A stretch of 64,000 nt of DNA from Candidatus Woesearchaeota archaeon (GTDB lineage Archaea; Nanobdellota; Nanobdellia; SCGC-AAA011-G17; GW2011-AR20), in assembly GCA_018303025.1 (NCBI GenBank), contig JAGVYZ010000018.1:5250-69249 (forward strand), in the 5' to 3' direction. Position numbers and translations under genes: made by a program. Below, piece by piece: positions 1 through 9,925 of the stretch (positions are counted from its first letter, which is position 1; each line of letters begins with the position of its first letter). A model generated the notes under the pieces. That model was not told where the DNA came from. It saw only the letters and a list, made by a program, of their open reading frames with translations, and did not search any database.

Positions 1-1
1 T

Positions 2-175
2 AAAGATACACTTGCTACAAACCCAAAAAAAGAAATGATTTCCTATGCAGAATTGGTTGCAGAAGCAATTTTAAGGCGTTCATTAAAAAGAGGAGTGAGT
101 GATTTATTAGAAAATCATAGAGAAGAGTGGTTAATTCATACACCGCGACCAGACTTTGATATTATAGAAGTCTAA
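2..175 (+). CDS. 3' end of an unidentified CDS entering from upstream of the window
   Basis: Frame open from window edge to TAA at 173-175 (...ENHREEWLIHTPRPDFDIIEV*); no motif recognised. Confidence 0.35.
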   Translation, partial: KDTLATNPKKEMISYAELVAEAILRRSLKRGVSDLLENHREEWLIHTPRPDFDIIEV

Positions 176-211
176 GTAAAAAATATAAACCACTTCTTCT
201 TTTTAGTTTCA

Positions 212-568
212 ATGAAAAGAGCTTATATTTTAATTGCAGTTATTCTTTTAGGTATATTTTCCTATGTAGTCTATCAATACTCATATTTTGCTTATGATGA
301 AATAAACGGTTTTGTAATTTTAGAGCAAAAAGACTTCATGGACCAAAAAGGCTGGCTTCATATTACAGGAAAAGTAAAAAACATAGAACAACCAGATGAT
401 AATACTAAAATAGTAGTTGAATATTACAATAAAGAAAATCAAACAGTAGGAAAAACAGTTTATTATTTTGATGAAAATATTTCTAAAGGAGAAGTAAAAG
501 ACTATGATGTTTTCAAGGTAGACAATTTAGACCAGGTAGACACATATAAATTTACAATAGAAAGATGA
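212..568 (+). CDS. small N-terminally membrane-anchored protein, unknown function
   Basis: ATG ORF with N-terminal hydrophobic helix (ILIAVILLGIFSYVVY); ATGA overlap with the next gene. Confidence 0.5.
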   Translation: MKRAYILIAVILLGIFSYVVYQYSYFAYDEINGFVILEQKDFMDQKGWLHITGKVKNIEQPDDNTKIVVEYYNKENQTVGKTVYYFDENISKGEVKDYDVFKVDNLDQVDTYKFTIER

Positions 569-903
569 AACAAGTAATTCTAGTTCGCCAGGATTTGCAG
601 ATGCCGAAAGGAAAATTAGCAATTCAATCATGTCACGCTTCTGTAGAAGCAGTCTTGCAATCAGACAAGGAAAAAGTAAAAGAATGGCGAAAACAAGGCA
701 TGAAAAAAATCATCCTAAAAGTTAAAGACAAAAAAGAATTATTATATTATCTTCAATTAGCAAAAGATAGTAATTTCACAACAGCTTTAATAACAGATGC
801 AGGAAAGACATTTTTTGAAACAACAACCACAACTTGTTTAGCAATAGGCCCAGATAATGAAGAAAAATTAGATAAAATAACAGGAAATCTAAAATTATTA
901 TAA
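565..903 (+). CDS. pth2: peptidyl-tRNA hydrolase, archaeal/eukaryotic Pth2 type
   Basis: 112 aa; VILVRQDLQMPKGKLAIQSCHAS... and ...TCLAIGP pattern typical of the PTH2 family. Confidence 0.85.
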   Translation: MKQVILVRQDLQMPKGKLAIQSCHASVEAVLQSDKEKVKEWRKQGMKKIILKVKDKKELLYYLQLAKDSNFTTALITDAGKTFFETTTTTCLAIGPDNEEKLDKITGNLKLL

Positions 904-945
904 ACAACCATAATAAATATAAACAGTTCAAAAACTTCTAAGATT

Positions 946-2340
946 ATGTGTGCAATTACTGCTGCTTATGATTTAGAAAAAGCATGGAATTTAGCAAATT
1001 CACAAAGCAATCGCGGAAGAGATGGCTTTGGTTTTGGAGCAAGGCATAAAGATGGAATAGATATAGTCAAAATAGCAGGAAAAATAACAAAGTTTAGATT
1101 TGAAGATTTAATTAATATATTTTCAGATATACGAAATATAGGAGAGTATACAGAAATTATAGGTCATAATAGATATGCAACAAGTGGAAGCAAAGCCCAG
1201 CTTCTGGAAGGTTCTCATCCTCATAGTGTAGGAGGAAAAGTTATTGTGTCAAATAGCTCATGTATTGTAATAAAAAATTGTGATGCAGCAATAGTTCATA
1301 ACGGTAATGTAACTCCTGAATATCTTCATGGATTAAAAACAAAATGTGATACAGAAGCATTATTGCATTTATATCTTCAATTTGGAGAAAAAGAATTATT
1401 AAGAAACATTCCAGGCTCATATGCATTAGCCATAATAGATAAAAAAAGGCCTGATATGATTGTAATGCGAGATAGGTATGGAATTAAGCCATGCATGTTA
1501 AATATAGAAAATGGAAAAACCTATATTGTTTCAGAAGAAAGTGATCCTCTTCAAGATCTTTCACCAGGTGCAATTTATTACTTACATTCAGATGGAACTT
1601 TTACAGTAAACCAGATAGTTCCTTCATCTTCAAGACACTGTTTTTTTGAATATAATTATTTAGCAAGGTTAGAATCAGTTTTAGATGGAGTTAGTGTAAG
1701 AAAATTAAGAGAAGCACTAGGTGAAAGATTAGCACAAGAATATCCACCAAATAAGAATGATATAATTACTTTTATCCCAAGATGTCCAGAAGTCGCTGCT
1801 AGAAGTTATACAGCTTATTCAATAAGTCAAGGTATAAATGTAGAATTTGCAGAATTATTAAGTAAAAATGATTCAGAAAGATCTTTTTTAGGCCCAACAG
1901 AAGAAGAAAGAAAAGCTTCAATTACCAATAATCTTCATTTAACTTCAGATGCACCTGAAATAATAACAGGTAGAGATATTTTAGCAGTAGAAGATAGTTT
2001 TGTTCGCGGTAATAATGGACCAATAGCAGGAAACATGCTGTTAAGAGCAGGTGCAAGAAGTGTTACATTTATTAGTTATACTCCTCCAATTGGAATAATT
2101 GGAGAAGACGGAATTCAAAGAGGCTGTATGTTTGGTGTTGACATGCCACCAACAGATAATTTTATTGCAGTTGATAGAGTAAGAAAAGTTAACAGAACCT
2201 CGCCAGAAATAAGTGATATAATCGGATTTAATGTTAAATATTTGTCTATGGGAGGAACATTAGAAGTATTCGAAAAGTACGGATTATCACAAACAAGCTT
2301 ATGCACTTATTGTATTGGAGGCAAACATCCCTTTTCTTAA
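946..2340 (+). CDS. amidophosphoribosyltransferase-like protein (class II glutamine amidotransferase + PRTase domains)
   Basis: N-terminal Cys2 (MCAI), GHNRYATSG, CFFEYNYLARLES, PRTase loop ILAVEDSFVRGNN; PurF-like architecture but divergent. Confidence 0.7.
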   Translation: MCAITAAYDLEKAWNLANSQSNRGRDGFGFGARHKDGIDIVKIAGKITKFRFEDLINIFSDIRNIGEYTEIIGHNRYATSGSKAQLLEGSHPHSVGGKVIVSNSSCIVIKNCDAAIVHNGNVTPEYLHGLKTKCDTEALLHLYLQFGEKELLRNIPGSYALAIIDKKRPDMIVMRDRYGIKPCMLNIENGKTYIVSEESDPLQDLSPGAIYYLHSDGTFTVNQIVPSSSRHCFFEYNYLARLESVLDGVSVRKLREALGERLAQEYPPNKNDIITFIPRCPEVAARSYTAYSISQGINVEFAELLSKNDSERSFLGPTEEERKASITNNLHLTSDAPEIITGRDILAVEDSFVRGNNGPIAGNMLLRAGARSVTFISYTPPIGIIGEDGIQRGCMFGVDMPPTDNFIAVDRVRKVNRTSPEISDIIGFNVKYLSMGGTLEVFEKYGLSQTSLCTYCIGGKHPFS

Positions 2341-2356
2341 TAACAGGAGATTAAAA

Positions 2357-2776
2357 TTACTGTGAATGCATAGGAAAAACTAATTCAGTAATTGGAACTC
2401 TTATTTTTAATGTTTGATATACTCGATTTACTAAGTTAGTTGCATATTTTTCTATTTCTTCTGCCAAATAATTATCAGATTTATTTTTATCTAAACAAGC
2501 TGTTGCATTATCTCCACCAATATTTAAATCACTGCCAACACAAACATTTCTTCTGTCATCAAAAGAAGCTCTTACAGCATAAAAATATCGGCTTGAACTA
2601 CTATCTCCAAATCTGCCTGCTTCATTTAATCTTTTTTCTAAATCATAGCTTAGTTTAACAGTAACAAATTCATCTAAAACATTATAACCATCAGGAATTA
2701 CCACAACAGGAAATATTCTTCCATTTCTCAAGCATAAATTTCTTCTATCTTTAACAATCATTACACAGTCTTTCAT
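2357..2776 (-). CDS. hypothetical protein
   Basis: 139-aa ORF, no motif recognised. Confidence 0.4.
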   Translation of the reverse strand: MKDCVMIVKDRRNLCLRNGRIFPVVVIPDGYNVLDEFVTVKLSYDLEKRLNEAGRFGDSSSSRYFYAVRASFDDRRNVCVGSDLNIGGDNATACLDKNKSDNYLAEEIEKYATNLVNRVYQTLKIRVPITELVFPMHSQ

Positions 2777-2886
2777 ATTAAACTAAGAAAAATATCCATT
2801 TAAAAACATTTTGCTTTATAACTACTGTATAATTAAAACAAGTTTATAATAAAAACATTTAAATTGAACAAGTGTAACAAAGATTC

Positions 2887-5346
2887 ATGGCAAATGCAAA
2901 TTTTTCCCAAATAGAGAAAAAATGGCAGAAAAAATGGGAAGAAGCAAAGATTTTCAAAACAGAAAATTCTTCTAATAAGAAAAAAGTATATGTTTTAGAA
3001 ATGTTTCCCTATCCTTCTGGTTATGGCTTGCATATAGGTCATGCATTTAATTATACTATTGGCGATATTTATGCAAGATTCAAAAGAATGAATGATTTTA
3101 ATGTTCTATATCCAATGGGATATGATGCATTTGGCCTACCAGCTGAAAATGCAGCAATAAAAGCAAAAGAACATCCAAAAACATATACAGAAAATGCAAT
3201 TAAGAATTTTATTCAACAGCAAAAAATGCTGGGTTTATCTTATGATTGGTCTCGATTAATAACAACATCCTCCCCAGATTACTACAAATGGAATCAGTTT
3301 TTCTTCTTAGAATTATTAAAAAAAGGATTAGTTTACAGAAAAAAAGCAGCAGCAAACTGGTGCCCAAAATGTTCTACTGTTTTAGCAAATGAACAAGTCC
3401 ATAATGGAAAATGCTGGCGCCATGAAGATACAAAAGTAGAAATAAAGCAATTAGAACAATGGTTCATTAAAACAACAGCATACGCAGATGAATTATTAGA
3501 ATATGTTCCCAAATTAGACTGGCCAGACAGGATAAAATTAATGCAAAAAAACTGGATAGGAAAATCTTATGGTACAGAAATAGAATTCAAAATAAATAAT
3601 CAACCATGGAAAATATTTACAACAAGGCCAGATACAATTTATGGAGTTACTTTTATGGTTGTTTCTTCTTCTCATCCAAGATTAAATGAATTAACAACAA
3701 AAGAGCAAAAAAAGGAAGTTGATAAATTTTTAGAAAAAATAAAATCAACAAAAGAAGAAGATATTGCTTTATTAGAAAAAGAAGGTGCATTTACAGGTTC
3801 TTATGCAATAAACCCATTGACAAATAAAAAAATTCCTGTTTGGGTAGCTAATTTTGTTATTGCAGAATATGGTTCAGGAATGGTTATGGCAGATGCTCAC
3901 GACCAAAGAGATTTGGAATTTGCTCATAAATACAAAATAAATTTAATTGAAACTATTTTACCTGAAGATGGAAAGTCAAGCAATCCAAATAAATCAAAAC
4001 GTGCTTTTACAGATTATGGAGTTTTAGTTAATTCTGGAGAGTTTAGTGGATTAAAAAGTAAGGAAGCAATTGAAAAAATTACAAATCACTTGGAGAAATT
4101 AAATTTAGGTAAACAAAGCATCCAGTTTAAATTAAGAGACTGGCTGGTTTCAAGGCAAAGATATTGGGGAACACCTATCCCAATAATTTATTGTAAAAAA
4201 TGTGGAATTGTTCCAGAGAAAAATCTGCCTGTTAAATTACCAGAAAATGTAAAATTCGGAATAGGCAATCCATTAGAAACAAATAAAGAATTTACAGATG
4301 TAAAATGTCCAAAATGTAATTCAAATGCAAAAAGAGAAACAGACACAATGGATACTTTCTTTGATTCATCTTGGTACTTCTTTAGATTCACAGATCCAAA
4401 TAATAAAAAAGAAGCATTCAAAAAAGAAATAACAAATTACTGGCTTCCAGTAGATATGTACATTGGTGGAGCAGAGCATGCATGCATGCATTTGATTTAT
4501 GCAAGATTCTTCACAAAAGCATTAAGAGACTTAGGATATACAAAAATAAACGAACCTTTCTCTAGTTTATTCAACCAGGGTATGGTTCATGCTAATGATG
4601 GAAATAAAATGTCTAAATCATTAGGAAATGTAATTAATCCAAATGACATGATTGAAAAATATTCAGCAGATATTCTAAGATTATACTTAGTTTCAACAGC
4701 CCAGCCAGATACAGATTATGCATGGTCTGATACAGGAATAGAAGGTTCATCAAGATTCATAAATAAAGTAGTAGAATATTTTAACATAGTAAAAATAGGA
4801 AAAACAAGCAAAAAAGCAGAAAGCAAGATTAATTCAAGCATAAAAGAAATAACAAATAATATTGAATCATTCAAATATAATATAGCTGTAATTAAATTAA
4901 GGGAATTATTTGAGTCATTAGAAAATGAAACATCAAAGCAGGATTTGGAATCTTTCTTAAAATTATTATCTGTTTTCTCACCACATTTAGCAGAAGAACT
5001 ATATGAAAAACTAGGCAATAAAAGTTTTATTTCATTAGCAAAATGGCCAATAATAGATGAAAGCAAAATAGACAAAAAATTTGAAATACAAGAAAAAGCA
5101 TTAGAAACAACAATTTCAGATATTAACAATGTAATAAAAATAATCAAGGAAAAAGAAAACAAAGAGCCAACTAAAATATATCTCTATATTATACCAAATG
5201 AAAAAGACAATTACAATGAAAAAGAATTAGGTAAAAGATTGCAAAAGCAAGTAAAAGTTTTCCTAGTCAACGACAAAAATAAATACGACCCTCAAAATAA
5301 AGCATTAAAAGCAAAGCCAAACAAACCAGGAATATATTTAGAATAA
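2887..5346 (+). CDS. leuS: leucyl-tRNA synthetase, bacterial-type sequence
   Basis: 819 aa; HIGH (LHIGH) and KMSKS; blocks [43 protein letters not shown] match bacterial LeuRS. Confidence 0.95.
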   Translation: MANANFSQIEKKWQKKWEEAKIFKTENSSNKKKVYVLEMFPYPSGYGLHIGHAFNYTIGDIYARFKRMNDFNVLYPMGYDAFGLPAENAAIKAKEHPKTYTENAIKNFIQQQKMLGLSYDWSRLITTSSPDYYKWNQFFFLELLKKGLVYRKKAAANWCPKCSTVLANEQVHNGKCWRHEDTKVEIKQLEQWFIKTTAYADELLEYVPKLDWPDRIKLMQKNWIGKSYGTEIEFKINNQPWKIFTTRPDTIYGVTFMVVSSSHPRLNELTTKEQKKEVDKFLEKIKSTKEEDIALLEKEGAFTGSYAINPLTNKKIPVWVANFVIAEYGSGMVMADAHDQRDLEFAHKYKINLIETILPEDGKSSNPNKSKRAFTDYGVLVNSGEFSGLKSKEAIEKITNHLEKLNLGKQSIQFKLRDWLVSRQRYWGTPIPIIYCKKCGIVPEKNLPVKLPENVKFGIGNPLETNKEFTDVKCPKCNSNAKRETDTMDTFFDSSWYFFRFTDPNNKKEAFKKEITNYWLPVDMYIGGAEHACMHLIYARFFTKALRDLGYTKINEPFSSLFNQGMVHANDGNKMSKSLGNVINPNDMIEKYSADILRLYLVSTAQPDTDYAWSDTGIEGSSRFINKVVEYFNIVKIGKTSKKAESKINSSIKEITNNIESFKYNIAVIKLRELFESLENETSKQDLESFLKLLSVFSPHLAEELYEKLGNKSFISLAKWPIIDESKIDKKFEIQEKALETTISDINNVIKIIKEKENKEPTKIYLYIIPNEKDNYNEKELGKRLQKQVKVFLVNDKNKYDPQNKALKAKPNKPGIYLE

Positions 5347-5360
5347 AGGAGAAAATCAAT

Positions 5361-5687
5361 ATGGAACAAAACATGACATCAACAACCTTCCAGATAGAAG
5401 GTTATAAAATTGTAAAAAGCTTAGGTGTAGTAAGAGGCATTATAGTAAGATCTCGTTCATTAATAGGAAATATAGGTGCAGGAATTCAGGCTCTTTTTGG
5501 AGGCAATATAACATTGTATACCTCTCTCTGCGAAAGAGCAAGAAAAGATGCATTTGAAATGTTGATACGCCATGCAGAAGAATTAGGAGCAAATGCAATA
5601 ATTGGAATAAGATATGATGCAACAGAAATAGCAGGCGGTATTACAGAAGTTATTTGTTATGGAACAGCTGTTGTAGTAAAAAAATAG
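5361..5687 (+). CDS. YbjQ/UPF0145 family protein
   Basis: 108 aa; [12 protein letters not shown]...[11 protein letters not shown]...GTAV pattern of the YbjQ family; AGGAG 9 nt upstream. Confidence 0.75.
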   Translation: MEQNMTSTTFQIEGYKIVKSLGVVRGIIVRSRSLIGNIGAGIQALFGGNITLYTSLCERARKDAFEMLIRHAEELGANAIIGIRYDATEIAGGITEVICYGTAVVVKK

Positions 5688-5752
5688 TTTCTAAATTTAT
5701 TTAATTTTGAAGCTATCGCTATATTTAAAAGTTTTTTGATTAATATTTCTTT

Positions 5753-7423
5753 ATGCCAAGAAGAAGTATAGGAAAAATACCAAGAGTAACTGCAACACCC
5801 GATATTCTACATCCAAAAGAAATAGAAATTGAAGAGGAAAATATAGAAATCATATGGGGAGGAGATGAACAAAGTATAATTAAGGGACTTGAAGGACCTA
5901 AGTTTGTTCAGGATTTAGGACTTAGTGCTGTTTTACAGAAAGGAATTGACTTAAGTACTCCAAAATGGAGAAAAAAAGACGATGATGATGGAAGGTGGGA
6001 AGCAAAAAAAAGAACAGATTTTACACAATTAGAAGCTTCAAGAATTATAAATAAAATATTTACAGCTCCAGCAGATATAGAAACAGCTAATTATAGATTG
6101 GATGTTTTTGATTACTTATTAAATAATCCCGAAGGATTTTCAAATTTTGAAAGAGTTTTCAAAAATTTAAATTCATTAATTACCCAGGGATTACAAAGAG
6201 AAAGAAGAAGTGAAGAAGATATTTGGACAAGAATTGCAAATTATGGACTTATTTTTAATATAACAGAAAATTATATTCCATTTGGAAAAAATGCTCCTGA
6301 AGCACTACAAAGAATGGATGAATATTTTGAAGCATTAAAAAAATCTCATTCTCATAGAAAGATGGGAGAACTTGCTTCTAAATTAAGCCAACCTTATGAT
6401 ATAAATTTAAGAGTAAGAGTAGATCCTACTAATCCCAATAAATATGATAATTATCCATGGGTTGTTTCTGCTTCTGTAGTAAGAGCTTCAGAATTTTCTG
6501 GAGAATTTGGAGATAAATTTAGATTAGATGAAAGATATGAATTAGATAATAATTATAAATCAAAAAAACCAGTTAGAGAAATACTTCAAAGAGCTATTGA
6601 ATTAAAATATGAAAGACATCTTAATGATACAGCAGGACATATTGCTTCTACATTAAGATTATTTGAACCAATGTTAATTTACATGGGATACTTACAATTT
6701 ATGAAGCAACAACAAGAAAGAGGAATACAATTTTCAAGACCCAAATTTGCAGAAGATGGAGAAATATTAGATGCAAAAAATCCTTTAGTTACAACAGAAC
6801 CAATAATTGGAAATGATATTAATTATAATCCAAATGATGTAGTTAGAGTTATTACTGGCCCAAATAATGGAGGAAAAACTGTTTATGTTAAAACAGTCGG
6901 AATAATTCATGCATTAGCTCAAATAGGATTTTATGTTCCATCTCCAAATGCAAGATTAAGATATATTAATAATATTTATACTCATTTTGTAAATCCAGAC
7001 GATATTGCTAATGCAGAAGGAAGATATAAAAATGAAATGAGAAGAATGGACGAAATATTCAAAGGTGTTACTCCAAATAGTTTAGTTATTCTTGATGAAC
7101 CTTGCGGAGGTACTACCATAGAATCAGGCGTCAAAATAAGTTGTGATTTTCTTAGAGCATTTGGAAGATTAAGAAATGTTACATATCTGACCACTCATAT
7201 GAGTGCAGTTGCAGATGCTGTAAGTTCTGATTCTATTCCTAGATCAAAAAATCTTCATATGCATATGCAAGATGATGGAACTCCAACTTATGAACTGAGA
7301 GAAGGAGCATCTCCCATGCATTATGGTGATTTTATTCCAAATCAAATGGGATTAGATGATAGAGCTTTATCGCGTAGATTATCTAAAAGAGCTGCTAAAG
7401 AAGGATTTCCTTTTGAAAAATGA
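5753..7423 (+). CDS. MutS-core (domain V) ATPase family protein
   Basis: Walker A GPNNGGKTVYVKT, Walker B VILDEPCGGT, downstream TTHM; no mismatch-binding or Smr domain recognised. Confidence 0.7.
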   Translation: MPRRSIGKIPRVTATPDILHPKEIEIEEENIEIIWGGDEQSIIKGLEGPKFVQDLGLSAVLQKGIDLSTPKWRKKDDDDGRWEAKKRTDFTQLEASRIINKIFTAPADIETANYRLDVFDYLLNNPEGFSNFERVFKNLNSLITQGLQRERRSEEDIWTRIANYGLIFNITENYIPFGKNAPEALQRMDEYFEALKKSHSHRKMGELASKLSQPYDINLRVRVDPTNPNKYDNYPWVVSASVVRASEFSGEFGDKFRLDERYELDNNYKSKKPVREILQRAIELKYERHLNDTAGHIASTLRLFEPMLIYMGYLQFMKQQQERGIQFSRPKFAEDGEILDAKNPLVTTEPIIGNDINYNPNDVVRVITGPNNGGKTVYVKTVGIIHALAQIGFYVPSPNARLRYINNIYTHFVNPDDIANAEGRYKNEMRRMDEIFKGVTPNSLVILDEPCGGTTIESGVKISCDFLRAFGRLRNVTYLTTHMSAVADAVSSDSIPRSKNLHMHMQDDGTPTYELREGASPMHYGDFIPNQMGLDDRALSRRLSKRAAKEGFPFEK

Positions 7424-7942
7424 TTATTTAATTTTAGCATATAAAAATTCATCAACAATTTTTCCGTCTTTAAATATATTTTTTCTTAATCTTCCTTCTA
7501 GAATAAATCCATTTTTCTCTAAAACCTTGCAAGAGCCAGGATTGTATTCAAAAACATAAGCTTGCATTCTTATAATATCAAAATTATTAAAAACATAATC
7601 AAGAACTAATTTTACAGCTTCACTCATTATTCCTTTACCCCAATAGTTTTCACCTAACCAATATCCCATTTCAGCTGTTTTTTTACTATTTAGATCAAGA
7701 ACTCTAAAAGTAATGCCTCCAACTACCTTATTATCAATAGTTATTGCAAATCTAGTCTTTTTATTTTCATTTTTATTACAATCTTTAATCCATTTTTTAG
7801 CATCTTTCAAAGTATAAGGATAAGGAAATTTATCAAGTAGATTAATCCATATTTTCTTATTGTTTGCATTTTTAGTTAAAGAAATTTCATCGCCTTTCTT
7901 AAAAGGTCTTAATACAAAATTCTTTTCTTTCAAAACAACCAT
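7424..7942 (-). CDS. GNAT family N-acetyltransferase (RimJ/RimL-like)
   Basis: 172 aa; GYWLGENYWGKGI and NPGSCKVLEKNGF blocks typical of RimJ/L-type GNATs. Confidence 0.8.
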   Translation of the reverse strand: MVVLKEKNFVLRPFKKGDEISLTKNANNKKIWINLLDKFPYPYTLKDAKKWIKDCNKNENKKTRFAITIDNKVVGGITFRVLDLNSKKTAEMGYWLGENYWGKGIMSEAVKLVLDYVFNNFDIIRMQAYVFEYNPGSCKVLEKNGFILEGRLRKNIFKDGKIVDEFLYAKIK

Positions 7943-7988
7943 CCAAGATAAAGAGATTACTTATTTTTATTTCTTGTGTTTTTCTTTA

Positions 7989-8047
7989 ACAGGTTCATTC
8001 TGATTTCTTTTAGTGCAGGTTTTCTTATAAAAGAAAAAGTGCCCTTA
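7989..8047 (+). repeat. family A repeat locus (CAGGTTCAT ... AGTGCAGGTT-hairpin-GTGCCCTTA)
   Basis: acaggttcattctgatttcttttagtgcaggttttcttataaaagaaaaagtgcccttat; the CCCTTA end contains the TAA stop of the minus gene ending at 8045. Confidence 0.7.
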
Positions 8048-9550
8048 TTTCTTTTCAACATGAGGTTTCCAAACTCGGGAAATTTTATCTTTTTTACTTT
8101 CCTCATCTAAAAACTTTTTAACTTTTTCAGGTAAGATTGCATCAAACTTGCTTCTCTCTTTAATCTTGTTTAATTTCTCTTTAAGTTCTTTTGTAACAAC
8201 ATCATAAAAATCAGGTTTAAAATATATTAATCCGTCTTTTATTCTTTGAAAAGCAGCACTTCCATCAGGAGCAAATACCATGTAGCCTCTTTTTCCTTGT
8301 AATAATTCAGAAAAAGTATCCATCCCAGAATAAACCCTTTTATAGTCAGCATAATAAACTCCGCCAGATTTAGAGCTAGGGTCTAATAACAATAATTCAT
8401 CACCTATAACTTCTAAGCATACAGAATAATGAGCTCTTTTAGCATTAGGAAACAAAACATTTTTCTTGTAATCCACAATAGCTAATCCTCCATCCTTAAG
8501 CCAGGATTTCAATTCTTCTCTTAAATTATATATTTTCTCAGAATCTATCCATACTCCCAAAACTTTCTCTTTAGTCAATTCTTTAACAGATTTAATTATA
8601 TCTTCAGGTTTAGTCCCAGCAGCCATATTTTCATCCTTTCTTACAATAGTTCCAGCTAATTTTCCTATTTCTTCTTGTGAATAATCAAATCCAAATATCT
8701 TCAAAATCATAGAAGCAGAAGCAGGTCCGCAATAGCTTGGATGTTGTGCAACATATTTTTCTTTTATTTTTTCTAAAGTATCAATCTTAGTAACAACCTT
8801 CTTGAAATAAAATCCTTTGTTAAAAACTTCTTTATGAGGCATAAAATAATATATTCCATCAGTTACATTCATAACAACTCCTTGAGTATTAATTTCAGTA
8901 ATTTTCATGAGTTTTTCATCAACTTGAATATACTCTCCTTTCCTAAAAAATCTATAATATTTCAAAAAAAATCCACTAAACAAGTTCACCATAGGATCCT
9001 TTAAACCAATAAAAATAAATAACAATAATAATATCAATACAGGATACAAAACATAACTCAAAAAATAAGTTATTGCACTTATGTCAACATTAGCAATCTG
9101 CAATGCAATCAATCCAAATGTAATGTAAAGTAATATTTTCAAAATATCCAAAAATATTTCAAGCAAATGTTCTTTTCCATATTCATTTACCAAGCTTATT
9201 AATCCAGCTCTTTTCAAAAATTGTTTAACTATAAAAAATATGAACTGAACTATTAAAACAACTAAAATAAAAACAAGTATTGAAGATAATATGACTGGTG
9301 CATATCTATAGAATCCTACAAATGTGTTAAAATTAAAATCAATCTGCAAAAAGCTTAATGCAATTATTATTGTAAATATATTCACCAGATAAACAACATA
9401 TTTTGCAATATTTGGTTTTTCAAGATTAGCACCATGTTTTTTTCTATAAACAGCCAATAATATCTTTTCAACAAGTTTTGATAAAAAGAATCCTAATGAA
9501 ATTATAATAAAGCTTACAAGTAGTTTAGAACTTATAGTCTCGAATGCCAT
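8045..9550 (-). CDS. membrane protein: MscS-like channel core fused to a C39-like (papain-fold) cysteine peptidase domain
   Basis: Multi-TM N-terminus; NLFSGFFLKYYRFFRKGEYIQV...ITEINTQGVVMNVTDGIYYFMPHKEVF resembles the MscS TM3/beta domain; C-terminal YCGPASASMILK...RAHYSV resembles a C39-like Cys/His pair. Confidence 0.55.
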   Translation of the reverse strand: MAFETISSKLLVSFIIISLGFFLSKLVEKILLAVYRKKHGANLEKPNIAKYVVYLVNIFTIIIALSFLQIDFNFNTFVGFYRYAPVILSSILVFILVVLIVQFIFFIVKQFLKRAGLISLVNEYGKEHLLEIFLDILKILLYITFGLIALQIANVDISAITYFLSYVLYPVLILLLLFIFIGLKDPMVNLFSGFFLKYYRFFRKGEYIQVDEKLMKITEINTQGVVMNVTDGIYYFMPHKEVFNKGFYFKKVVTKIDTLEKIKEKYVAQHPSYCGPASASMILKIFGFDYSQEEIGKLAGTIVRKDENMAAGTKPEDIIKSVKELTKEKVLGVWIDSEKIYNLREELKSWLKDGGLAIVDYKKNVLFPNAKRAHYSVCLEVIGDELLLLDPSSKSGGVYYADYKRVYSGMDTFSELLQGKRGYMVFAPDGSAAFQRIKDGLIYFKPDFYDVVTKELKEKLNKIKERSKFDAILPEKVKKFLDEESKKDKISRVWKPHVEKK

Positions 9551-9628
9551 ATTTATAAAAAATCATTAATCATTTAAAAATCTTATCTTGAGTTTCTTTA
9601 GAGGAATTTGTTCATCTTAGGTTCTTTC

Positions 9629-9883
9629 CTAAACTTTTTTCTTTCCCTGTTTTTCTTCCTGAAGGTTCTTTCCTAAAGAAGCTTCCTCAGGAATAATAAC
9701 CCATGCAATAATATAAGCAATTAATGCAGCGCCAAAAGATGCAATTAGCAAAAATACAAAGATTACTCTAACAATAACAGGGTCTATTTCAAAATATTCA
9801 GCAATACCACCGCAAACCCCGCCAAAGATTTTCTCTTTATTGCTTCTATAAAGCCTTTTTACATCTTTTGCCATAAAAGACAA
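9629..9883 (-). CDS. PspC domain membrane protein
   Basis: LYRSNKEKIFGGVCGGIAEYFEIDPVIVRVIFV plus one TM; C-terminal tail EEASLGKNLQEEK encoded by a family B hairpin. Confidence 0.75.
   Translation of the reverse strand: MSFMAKDVKRLYRSNKEKIFGGVCGGIAEYFEIDPVIVRVIFVFLLIASFGAALIAYIIAWVIIPEEASLGKNLQEEKQGKKKV
9661..9685 (-). repeat. family B mismatch hairpin copy inside the PspC-like CDS
   Basis: Sense strand GAAGCTTCTTTAGGAAAGAACCTTC; 4 bp + C.C mismatch + 6 bp, loop AGG. Confidence 0.75.
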
Positions 9884-9925
9884 AGTAAACCAAAGTTTAT
9901 AAAATCTTTTAAATTAAAATTAAGA

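Noticed and set aside
4188-5162. Antisense ORFs inside leuS (4188-4421, 4716-5162)
   Set aside because: They are low-complexity antisense frames of a well-supported gene. Others of the same kind are 1241-1426, 2115-2306, 2440-2658, 5440-5622, 6982-7194, 10041-10223, 13062-13244, 17476-17658, 21103-21309, 22900-23088, 25041-25247, 30385-30576, 33335-33676, 39710-39895, 41859-42056, 43269-43454, 44240-44458, 46826-47167, 48530-48736, 50586-50798, 55645-55890, 57821-58174, 58226-58546, 58883-59110, 60006-60224 and 62214-62456.
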